Shown: positions 42,285-52,984 of the stretch, in pieces
Position numbering within the stretch: position 1 is the first letter of the stretch
Layout of the letters: each line of letters opens with the position of its first letter
Assembly (NCBI GenBank): GCA_903813345.2
Contig: CAIIXF020000001.1
Coordinates: 8,680,001-8,744,000, forward strand
Direction: 5' to 3'
DNA length: 64,000 bases
DNA from: Owenia fusiformis
Taxonomy: Eukaryota
Translations under genes and position numbers: made by a program
The notes under the pieces: model-generated
The model's database searches: none
What the model saw: the letters and a program-made list of their open reading frames with translations, nothing else
What the model was told of the DNA's origin: nothing

Positions 42285-42927
42285 TAACCAACCCGTCTGG
42301 CCCAGTTATCTACTCCTGACGTTGTAGATCTGGGCCAGACGAGGTTCAATGCAAAAAAAGCGGGATTTCCTCCGGAAAAAAACACACTGTCTTTTCAATG
42401 TATAATACGTGCTGATAAATGAATAAACATCATAAAAAACACTTATGAGTTTCAATACAACACAGATACGTCTGTTTTATAAAGTAATCTACATTTTGAT
42501 AACAAATCTGCTGAAGAAATCGTAATATTTGGAATATATTGATTCCCAGGAAATGTATTTTCGTTCCATGAAAGTAAAAAAATTATCGCGTCACATTTGT
42601 GTTACGTCACATCACGTGACTTTATTCGGTGCGGAGAACTGACAAAAATATTGACGAAATGTTGTGCCCATTTCAACATAAATATAACAAACAAAACACC
42701 ACCTTTATGTGTAAGTTATATACTCTTTATTTCAAATAAATACTTGGGTTTACATGGAGCCCGATGTTTTGGTTGGATGGCTAATAGGGAATAAAAAATA
42801 AGTGATGATTCAGCGACATGTTTTTTCCGGAGTAAATACCGCCTTTTTGCATTGGACCTTGTCTGGCCCTAGATCTACGACATTTCAGAATCGGGGAGTA
42901 GATAACTGGGCCAGACGAGTTTGGTTA
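42285..42927. mobile_element. Mutator-like element with ~100-bp TIRs
   Basis: 9-bp TSD GTTCATATA; TIR TAACCAACCCGTCTGGCCCAGTTATCTACTCC. Confidence 0.85.
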
Positions 42928-43358
42928 GTTCATATACTGACTTATAATAAGCCTGTTTGAGGTTTTTCCTTGAAGTGTTATCTTTTTGTTTTAGGCCTAC
43001 CAGACAAATCTTGTAAACATAACAAGGCAATTTTTTTTTTCTTAATTTTTTTTTTTTCAAAATTCTTTCAAAAAATTTGAGCACTGCTCGAGAATCTATC
43101 AACGTAATTAAAAAGTTAAAAGTCTTGCCAAGAGCATGCATATGAAATTAAATATGAAATACTATTTTATATTCCTTAGATAAATCTTTTAAAACCTATA
43201 TCACAATTTTTGCTTCAAGCATGACAACGTACAGCTAAAGTGTACAACCGTATATTTTGTCACTGTACGTTGTCGATGGTTAGGCGTGATATAGACTCAT
43301 GATATTGCTGTTATATGTGATGACTGTAAATTGCTTTCATATTTATTTGTAATAAAGG

Positions 43359-46141
43359 ATGGATACCCTGCATGTGTATGGAGTTGATGTCATTGTGAAG
43401 CTGCAGGCAACATTTAAGGTAGCTACTATCTTTTTTGTTTCAAAATTGTTTATTTATTGTTTCTGTCAGATATCAAGTTCTAGTATACAATTAACATCTA
43501 TAGCACTTGCACTTTTCATCAACAGTCATCTTCCCTGCTTAATTCTCACATATATACAATAGTTACACAGCTGCCAAATGTTCAAAACAGCAAATCCGCC
43601 AAAATAAGTAGCACCAAATGAAGTAGAAGTACAGTACATTTCATGAATCTATAATATACATGAAATAAGTACTGAGATTGATAAATTCTGGTTTTGAAAG
43701 TCTATTACAGGATTAAAAAGTGGATCCCTCCCATGTTTGAAATAAATTTATGACTGCAAAGTTCTGTATTTTCAGGGCAATTCGGAGTATATGCTAGCAT
43801 TGTCACATTTAGGTGATCCAAGAAATGCTTTCTTGATTTACTTCCCATTGGCGTATTTCTGTCATCACTCTGTAGGAAAGCGAGTACTTTTCTTGGCAGC
43901 TATAGCAGAATGGCTGAATGCAGTGTTGAAATGGTGAGTTGCATTGTGTTATCTCAAACTAAATATTGCAAATTCCTGGGTGTGCAGCTTTTGCTTTCAT
44001 AGATCATTGGGAGATACTTATCACAAAAACTTCAATTATCCAGTTGTTGACTCAGTGTAATGAAAAAACTAGAATCTTAATATTCATGATGTTTTGTTCA
44101 GGTTCTTGCATGGAGAAAGACCATACTGGTGGGTGAATGAGGAAAAGTCACACTGGAACACAACAGTCAGACTACAGCAGTACAAGTTAACATGTGAAAC
44201 TGGGCCAGGTGATTTAGGGATATCTAGTTCAGGGATTGAACCAGCAAATTGCCATGGTTCTGTACATTTAACCTTTCCTCCCTTGACTAACTTTTGCCAT
44301 CAGATCTAGCAAAGGTCACTTCAGAATATCAGCATGTACATCTCAGTCTTTCATTGCATTCAATTAGGTCCACTCTATGAACTCTGACCCTAATGGAACC
44401 AAGTGGCAAGAAATGAAACACAAACAGATAGTCCCTTCCCCAATTATTATATTACCTAAAAGTTATATCTCCAGTTTTGTCATTTGAATACTAACTGGGC
44501 ATCTAGTGAAAACTAGCAATAATTAATTCATATGTAAATTCCAATGAAAAATATTGTATTTTTGTTACAGGAAGTCCATCTGGTCATGCTATGGTGACAA
44601 GTGCAGTTTGGTTTGTGATGGTGTCTTCAGTGTTACACTATGCTATAGAGAAACATAGGTACTATACTTCTATTATAAGCTTACAAATTAGTTCATAAAA
44701 CTCAAGAAATAAGTAAATAGGCCCAAACTATTCTTTGACAAAGGTGACAGCATAAAAACTGTATATTTTTATCACATATACAAGTAAGTGCATAATTTTA
44801 CAGGGGAGCTCAGGGGTTCATTGAAGTTTGTCAGTGGGTTACGGGATCAGCTTTGCACCTTTATACCATTTGGCAGATTTTACTGTGTTATACAAAGGTA
44901 AATGGTTCATTTGCAGGGCAGTGTGGTCAGTATTGCTGTGGACTTGGTTCTCTGTTTTTATGCTGTGTGTCAGTGTATCTAGGTGCTTCATAGCAACACA
45001 TTTTCCCCACCAGGTCCTGGCTGGAACATTCACAGGTTAGTTTTAACACTTTATTTGTAGCTGTTGTTACATCATTGTTCTACATATACAGTGAAACCTG
45101 TGAAGAGAAACACCTCTGTTAGTGGAACACTCAGAGTCCCAAGACCAACTGACTAAAATGTTAAATGAACGCCCCTTAAGTGGAACACTATTTAGAGGTA
45201 CTAAAGGTGTTCCACTTAGACAGGTTTTACTGTACATGTATTTCATTTGATGAACAATAAAAAAATTAATTATCATTTTTGCTCATAAATTCATTATCTT
45301 GGTAATTATTTAAAAGGCTCAGTTAACTGACAAAATTGTATCTGTGTTTTTTAGGTATATTACTTGCATGGGTAGTCTGTACTCAGATATCAACAAATAA
45401 ACTACAGTTAAAGCACTATGTTATTACATCACTATGGTTACTTGTGTCCAGTCTTGGTGTCTATAGTCTTCTGCAACAATTGGGGGTAGATCCTGCATGG
45501 TCTATTAGTAAAGCTTCAAGGTGGTGTGCCAGGCCAGAGTGGATCCATCTCGATACAACACCATTGTTTGCCCTCATGAGAGATGCTGGACAAATACTAG
45601 GTAAGGTCCAATCATATAATTGTTCCGCACTAAAATCTTCACTTAATTAATTTTGCTTAATGGATCATTGTATGCTGTATGTAAAATGTTTATGGGTACT
45701 AATCAGACCTCAACATACCATGAGCATTTGGGGATCTATGTTGAGCTGAACATACTGCTGAGCTTGTAATACATAAAGCTCTGTGCCTTAGCCATAATAT
45801 TGCAGAGCAAGGTCTGCTTAGTACTGAAATGTTTTTAAACTGAATAACACATCAAAAGTGAATATTTTATTCTTTCAGGACTTGGAATCGGAGTGTGCCT
45901 TATCAAAGAGCCTATACTTAGTAGCATCGGAAAATTATTATGCATTCCAATCACAATAGGACTAACTCTTACATCTGAACAGATTAAAGTGCCAGTGGTT
46001 TCATCTACAGTGATATTTTACACAATGGCATTATATAAACACACTATGTTACCTATAGTCGTCGTAGGGGTGGTTCCTAGAATCATGTCGATTCTTTTTA
46101 GTGGAAAAGTAGAAAAGGAAACTAAAACTAAAAATAGCTGA
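43359..46141 (+). CDS. G6PC: Glucose-6-phosphatase catalytic subunit (PAP2 family, G6PC/G6PC3-like), 7 exons, 346 aa
   Basis: Exons 43359-43418, 43776-43933, 44102-44208, 44571-44658, 44917-45035, 45355-45600, 45879-46141 (1041 nt). Motifs GDPRNAF, KWFLHGERPYWW, TCETGPGSPSGHAM, SRCFIATHFPHQV, WIHLDTTP; C-terminal KTKNS resembles a dilysine ER signal. Confidence 0.95.
45089..45232. mobile_element. Tc1/mariner-type MITE in a G6PC intron
   Basis: TA|CAGTGAAACCTGT...ACAGGTTTTACTG|TA. Confidence 0.8.
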
Positions 46142-46629
46142 TAGCACCATGGATTGAAACAGAATATTATAAAGGCTCTGATATTATAGAGAATCATCAG
46201 ACTTAGTCATCTCTTGTGCAATTCAGGAAATAAATGGTTCCGACTATGATTAATATAGAAAGAAAAATGGTGGAGGACTATTATGTAGACTAGGATACTT
46301 AATAACCTGTGTATATGAACACTTTAATTAATATTTTATGGATACAGTTTTTCAGTTGCATTTTGAGATATACCAAAAGATGATAAGAAATAAATGAAAT
46401 TAAATTAATTCAATGGATCTCCAAAACTCCATAATGTAAAAAGGGGGATTTTATTTGAATTGAAATCTTTGGTTATTCCAGGGGTTTTGTGTGAGTTTCT
46501 CTTAAAAAAATTACCTCCTCTTTATATACTCTTGAGAAAATTGGAGCAGTGCTCTGGTCTCTCACAATGTCTTGCTAACTTTCCATTTAGGAATCCACAT
46601 TTGTGGCGATGCCTGTACAAGTTATTTTA

Positions 46630-47262
46630 GGTAAAGATTAAAAGGTGGATTGGATCGAGTGGATTGGATTCATGTAAAAGGTGGATTGGATCGGGATTCT
46701 TCAAAATATGGATTTTCCTTAAAAAATTATATTGATCTCCCATCAGACGATTAATGCTCTTCTCACTTCCACAATGTCAAATAATAGATGTTATATCATT
46801 TTGCTTGGGTAGACTAGAAAGGTGACCTGATACACAATCTTATTCATTCCAAGGGTAATTTTAGACATTTCACAAATCATAAGGCAGACTTTTCAAGTCG
46901 AAGATCCATATCATCTGTTTTAAATTCAAACAGAACATGGCAGAATGTCTTGGGAACACCCACACGTCAATTTGAATGACAGCTTTTATCTACCGATCTA
47001 TGTTTATTATGTCTTACTAATGTTGATTTACAAGGGAGAGCAGTTAAATGCTTTAGGGTATCTATCAACTAATTGAAATATGTATTTGTCATTGCTTTGT
47101 CAATTCCTTAAAGGGACCCAAGTAATCACAAAATACTTTAGGCCGGAAGAAATTGCTTAGAGGGAGATCAACTAAAAAATCCATATTTTGAAGATTCCCA
47201 ATCCAATCCACCTTTTACATGAATCCAATCCACTCGATCCAATCCACCTTTTAATCTCTACC
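46630..47262. mobile_element. Foldback/MITE element with ~85-bp TIRs
   Basis: GGTAAAGATTAAAAGGTGGATTGGATCGAGTGG and its reverse complement; T-rich flanks. Confidence 0.8.
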
Positions 47263-47699
47263 TTATTTTATGGCATAGCATAGCCAGATGATCTCATCTA
47301 TTGAGCTAGATGTAATATTACTTTTCCATTGACCTATGATTTATTGACCATTATATTTTGTGACATTGACCTATCTGATATTTCACTAATACTAGTCTGA
47401 TTTTACCTGATATATCTGACAACATTTACCAAGGAACTATTACTCCATACCAGTGCTATTACCACAGTCAAGTGTGTTACTCTCTGTTACAGTTAACCTC
47501 TCACCCCCCCCCCCCCTATTAGATACTATTAGATAGGCGGTGACTTACCAGTGCCTCTCAAAAGGTAGGATCTGTGAGCTTGCCCAATATGTCACTAAGC
47601 AAATAATTTTGACTCAATGATAATATATAATATCCAGTTATTTTAATTTGTATTTAATAAATTGATAGATTGTGTCCAATCAAAATGATCGGTCATCCA

Positions 47700-47772
47700 A
47701 AAACGAAAGTGAAAGTGATCGATCTGAACCGGAAGTCAAACATTCTAAATATTTCCCTCTGCTAGGGTAAGA
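47700..47772 (+). promoter_or_regulatory. Putative promoter and 5'UTR exon of the DUF4787-like gene
   Basis: GAAAGTGAAAGT (IRF-site-like), CCGGAAGT (ETS-like), donor GG|gtaaga at 47767; candidate acceptor at 51956. Confidence 0.5.
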
Positions 47773-48028
47773 AACTTCGATTTGTTGCATTGATAATTGC
47801 CTAATTCAATATTTTGTTGTGTTATAATGTAGTATTATTTGCAGTGCTTGCGATGTTTTCGAAATTTACGGTGCCAAGCGAATATATAACACCTGAATAT
47901 TGGGAATGAAAGGAAGTCTACTCTGTTATCGCCCACTAATTTCTCTAAATATTTAATTTTTATATTGTAGTCTAGATTATTGACATTTTGATTCATTAAT
48001 CGTTTACTGAGGCATAGAAGGCAATTAA

Positions 48029-48420
48029 GGTTCAGCTGGAAAGTAACATTTTGGTAAAAAATTGCTACCTGCACATGTTATTTTCTGGTACAAAATTAAG
48101 TATGAAGGCATGTGTGTATTTCCTTGCTTTTTTCAGGAAAGTATCATTACACTGTCTACTTTTAGTAAACCTGGAAACAGGTCAATGGTAGCTCATGTGT
48201 TGTCTGGAAACTTTGAAAGAAAATTTGGAAAAAAAGAAATTGTGAAATATCAGAATTTCCTGGAGTTCCCATTGAACTCCTACTAGATATTCTTAAAGAA
48301 GACAGTGTACTAATGATACTTTCCTGAAAAAAGCAAGGCAATTGACACATGTCTTCATACTTTATTTTGTACCAGAAAATAACATGTGCTGGTATAGCAA
48401 TTTTTTACCAAAATGTTACT
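48029..48420. mobile_element. Long-TIR TTAA MITE family copy, inverted, right tip missing
   Basis: TTAA|GGTTCAGCTGGAAAG; matches 40221-40835 without the nested insert. Confidence 0.85.
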
Positions 48421-48476
48421 GGTAGACACCGTCTGACATTCTTTCAAGCACTTAGCATTTTTTGATTTTTTGAGTC

Positions 48477-48601
48477 CACAGGCACCAGTATCGCCACCTT
48501 TTAGCAGTCGGATTAGAACGATTTAAAGCCCTTGGTGTATTTTAAAGGGCTTTAGATCGTTCTAATCCGACTGCTAAAAGGTGGCGATACTGGTGCCTGT
48601 G
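48477..48601. mobile_element. 125-bp hairpin MITE
   Basis: About 57-bp near-perfect arms CACAGGCACCAGTATCGCC; TTGAGTC on both sides. Confidence 0.8.
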
Positions 48602-49163
48602 CTTGAGTCCAAGGGGAAATCCTGGTCTTTTCATCGACAAGATATAGGTCGTATATGCATGGCTTGTGGCCAGTGTGGGAGGTTTCTCTACAGAGAAGCA
48701 TCAAAATATAAGAGGCCACACATACAATAGGCAAACTACAAAACAAACCTCAATGGAATTGTAACATGGGCATTTTCACATTAGTTATATTTCTACTATT
48801 CATATTGACCTATCCCCATCCATGTCATTTTAACAGGTCCCTTCATTACTTTACACCAGTGTTTCAAATATTTAATTCCAATGTTTTCAATTCTTTTGTA
48901 TACTTTCTACTTTAGCTTCTTTTGTTTAAACCAGTTTTTTAGCTTTTCATGGTGTGATGGTTTCATACTGTTTTTGTATTCAATATAATAGCATTCACTC
49001 ACATGTAACTGAGTTGGGGTGTTGTCTTTTCACTAGTTAGTGTTGCCTAGAATGTGACTGTTCATACACAGAGTATTTCAAATATATATTTTAGAGAACA
49101 TTATAACTACATCTACTGTTAAATTTGATTGCCACCCACGGGCCTTACACTCGCCCGTTACAT

Positions 49164-49182
49164 TGGTACCAGGAGTGGGGTT
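49164..49182 (+). promoter_or_regulatory. Primer-binding site complementary to the tRNA-Leu(UAA) 3' end
   Basis: TGGTACCAGGAGTGGGGTT is the reverse complement of AACCCCACTCCTGGTACCA, the recalled metazoan Leu-TAA 3' end. Confidence 0.85.
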
Positions 49183-49324
49183 GGTGATCGAAAGAGTGGG
49201 GTAGGCAAATAGTTTGTAAGCAAAAGTGGGGTAGGCAATGTTGTAGCAGCAAAGACAGTTGGCTAAGCAAGCTTTGAAAAAAAATTGAAAACATTTACAT
49301 ATAAAAGCGGATTACTATTCGACA

Positions 49325-50356
49325 ATGATAACCTGTTGGTTTTGTAAGTCTCCAGGGCATACTAAAAGATGTTGTAAATTCTTCAAGCAAGCGAAGTACT
49401 TTTGTTCGATGTGCAGCTCAGTGGCGTAGCGTCGTTTACGCAAAGTACGCAAATGCGTCCACTGGAACAATCCAATGTTTATCTGAATATTTGGAAATTC
49501 TAAATTTCTCAAGTTTTAATAAGCAAAGCCATTGTTAAAAGCTAGATTTCTCCATTCATTCTTAACGATACATTAAATTTTTTTGCTTGAATTTCTACAA
49601 GACTTATAATGAGTACTTATGAGTAAATTTCAAGTGGAAATGAATGCGTATCGGGTAGACCCCCCCCCATCCCAATTTTGGAATTTTGCGTCCCCTAGTA
49701 AAATTGCCACGCTACGCCACTGCAGCTGTTATGGACACCGTGACCGAGACCACAGTCAGCCAGACAGGTATGTTAGGACTGTTTCCATACACCCTGTGAA
49801 TGTGAAATCTGTGTCAATTCAGACAAAAAAGTGCAAAGACACTGATAAACCGAAAAGTCACAACAAATATACCCAAGCAGAAACTGTTGACATGAATGAA
49901 TACAGTTCCAATATGGCCAATTTTAAGCGTATTCAAAGTGAATTGTTTGGTCAGAAGAAAGGAAATGATATCTACAAAGCTCAACTTAAGTCGTGTATGA
50001 AAACTATTAAATTATTGGAACGGGATGTTGCAGAATACAAAGCTAACAATGATCGGTACTTCTCACAGATTAATGCATCACAACAACGGATTGACGATCT
50101 ACAGTCTCAAAATAATGAATATTCTAAATTGATCAAAGATCTAACCCGCAAACTAGAGGATCAACATCAACAGTTATGTGCGTACCAGGATAAAATCAAG
50201 AATTATATGAAAACAGTGCCAGTGCCCAAAACAGTTAGTACCTTAGGATATATCGAATTTCTTGGAATTGACAAACAATTCAACACAATCCCTTCAGCAC
50301 AGTGTAAATCTAGGCCAGATGTACCGCCGCAGCAGAATTTGATCAGCAGATATTAG
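49325..50356 (+). pseudogene. Zinc-knuckle plus coiled-coil (gag-like) ORF of the LTR element, interrupted by a MITE
   Basis: Removing 49419-49727 restores a 240-aa frame with CWFCKSPGHTKRCC (CX2CX4HX4C) and CSMCSCYGHRDRDH, followed by a heptad-rich region. Confidence 0.75.
49419..49722. mobile_element. MITE nested in the LTR element ORF
   Basis: TIR CAGTGGCGTAGCG...CGCTACGCCACTG; 5-bp TSD CAGCT. Confidence 0.88.
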
Positions 50357-50779
50357 TGCCAAATAATGTAGAAATCTAAGAAATCACATCTTCCATATGA
50401 TGACACCACACAATCTATATCTGCCATATTACAATGATATGATGCCGACTTTTGATGTGCAATAATTTTGCCCATCTGATAATAATGTGATATATAATTG
50501 ATGCTGATTGCCGTATATTTATACTGGGATACTGATACTGATGCTGATTCATGAAATCAAATTATTGACTTTTAATGAAATCAATGTTTTTTAATTATGT
50601 CTAACAATTCAGGTTGCAACCATATGTTTTATATTCTAACACATTCTTATACTTTAATTGTGAATGACATGATGTTATTCATTCAAGTGATAAAGTTTGT
50701 TTCTTTGCTGCATTTTTTTTTGTAGGTAAACCTGTTATGATCGTTATATTTGCATTTAATGTTGATAATATCTAAAATC

Positions 50780-51060
50780 CCAAATGGTGTAATATTTAGC
50801 CTAAAATGGTGTATGACCGTCTATATTGATGTATTATAGCCTAAAATGGTGTACAAGATAACTGCCTAAAATGGTGTATAGCTGCCTATAATATGGTGTA
50901 TTAATTAACTGCCTAAGTGGTGTATTACTTGCCTATAAATTGGTGTACTACTTTGCCTTTAATGGCGCATATTTAAGCCTTTAATGGTGTATCACAGCCT
51001 ACCATGGTGTATTATTTTGTCTTTAATGATGTAGATTATGTAAGCCTATAATGGCGTTGC
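50780..51060 (+). repeat. Degenerate tandem repeats inside the LTR element
   Basis: Roughly ten imperfect copies of a GCCTAAAATGGTGTA core. Confidence 0.8.
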
Positions 51061-52052
51061 CAAGGGATACTTGTATAATTTTAACAACTTGCTTATATTT
51101 CTCAGGTCTTAATTAAGCCTTATTTAACATTTAGGTGTAGCATTGATTCAATTCTAATGTCATTTTAATATCATCGTAAAATGTAATTCAGTCAATTTTG
51201 TTTGATTTTTCAACAATCCACATTCTTTATGGTGTTATTTATACTATATTTTGTACTGGTAGTGGATGTTTAAAAGGGGAGGTTTTAACCATTACTTAAT
51301 ATTTTATTGTAAACCATTTTGAAAAGTGAAGTTTTATATTTCCATATTTTGTGGCCGAGTAAGGCTTAATGCGGAGCGCATTAGGACGTGTCCGCGTGGA
51401 TGTAACATGGGCATTTTCACATTAGTTATATTTCTACTATTCATATTGACCTATCCCCATCCATGTCATTTTAACAGGTCCCTTCATTACTTTACACCAG
51501 TGTTTCAAATATTTAATTCCAATGTTTTCAATTCTTTTGTATACTTTCTACTTTAGCTTCTTTTGTTTAAACCAGTTTTTTAGCTTTTCATGGTGTGATG
51601 GTTTCATACTGTTTTTGTATTCCATATAATAGCATTCACTCACATGTAACTGAGTTGGGGTGTTGTCTTTTCACTAGTTAGTGTTGCCTAGAATGTGACT
51701 GTTCATACACAGAGTATTTCAAATATATATTTTAGAGAACATTATAACTACATCTACTGTTAAATTTGATTGCCACCCACGGGCCTTACACTCGCCCGTT
51801 ACAGAATTATGAATCGGACCATGGGCTCTACCACCTGATAGAGCCCATGATCTGACTTTGCATGTGACCCTTTTCTTTCAAATCCAACTGATACATGTAA
51901 GTTATGGAAAAATACTGATTCATATATAAGATATTAGGAAATTTGACTCTTTTCAGATATATAACACAGAAACATTCATGTGGACAATTAGTGCGTTCAG
52001 TTGTGAAGAGATACACTCTTATCCTAGTTGATGTTTATCAAATACAATCACG

Positions 52053-52984
52053 ATGCAGTGGAATCATATAATGGTGATGGCCCTTATAGTAATAGCAGTG
52101 ATGACAATAGAAACAGAAGCAGTATATTCTTTCAAAAGATACACTTACAAAAAGAAAGCTAAGTATGTAAGTAAAAATGTTATTTCTTATTTGTCTGAAA
52201 TATAGTGATTCAAAGTCATATGTCCATCAATCAGTCAGTCAGTCTGACTGCTTTTAAAAAGCTCAAATACCACTACATGTACTTTTACGTTCAGTCAGAA
52301 ATCTGTGTTTTAAATCATTTTCTTAGACCAAATATTATGACCTTGTTGTTAAATAAAGTGTTCCTAATATAAGATTGACTCATTTCATTTGGAAGCAGAA
52401 TTTGTATGTCACCATCATGGTCTCAAACTTGTTATTGATGGTGGTTAGCATCTGGGCGTTCAGCCTCTGAAACAAGCCCTGATATATTTGGTATATCCTT
52501 GTACAATTTGAAACGAGAAATATGTGTGCATAATACATGTATGTATGTACATTTCTTTATTAATTTGCAGACTAAGAAATTCAAGGCAGCCCAGAGCCGG
52601 TGTGAAGCATCGGGACAGTGCAATGGTTTAGAGGGACTACAAAGCACAATCTGTCTACGGAGATGTATGTCAGAAGATTGCTATCAGGAACTATATGGTC
52701 ATGATGAGGTAAGAACCAATGTAATATGTGTCAAACATATTTACAGGCCATTCAGCTATTTTTGGAAAAATTTGAACATGAACTTTTTCGTTTGAAGTTT
52801 TTGTAATGAACACTTGTTCATATAATTATAATATATGAGTAGGCAATATGTATGGGTATATCATTTGTGATATTCAAAGGTGACAAATATTCATCAGTTC
52901 TTACATATTATTTTTTAGCTTGAAGAAGGAGAAATAGACGTGCGTTACAATTCATTTAAAGGTTGTGTTATCGAGGGAAAATAA
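52053..52984 (+). CDS. Small secreted cysteine-rich protein, DUF4787-like, 105 aa
   Basis: Exons 52053-52166, 52571-52708, 52919-52984, all phase 0. Hydrophobic signal-like N-terminus and CLRRCMSEDCYQELYGHDELEEGEIDVRYNSFKGC. Family recalled from the motif, not searched. Confidence 0.8.

Larger units (their letters stand above)
48760..51803 (+). mobile_element. Young non-autonomous LTR retroelement (Gypsy-like) with 403-bp LTRs
   Basis: LTRs 48760-49162 and 51401-51803, TGTAAC...GTTACA, one mismatch seen. 4-bp TSD GAAT on both sides. PBS directly after the 5' LTR. No pol ORF. Confidence 0.93.

Noticed and set aside
49619-49722. Predicted N-terminus of the 245-aa ORF as native sequence
   Set aside because: It derives from the nested MITE; the original frame starts at or before 49325.
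51351-51420. Functional tRNA gene or known ribozyme
   Set aside because: No acceptor stem, T-loop/B box or 7-nt anticodon loop; no hammerhead core recognised. Kept only as a tRNA mimic.
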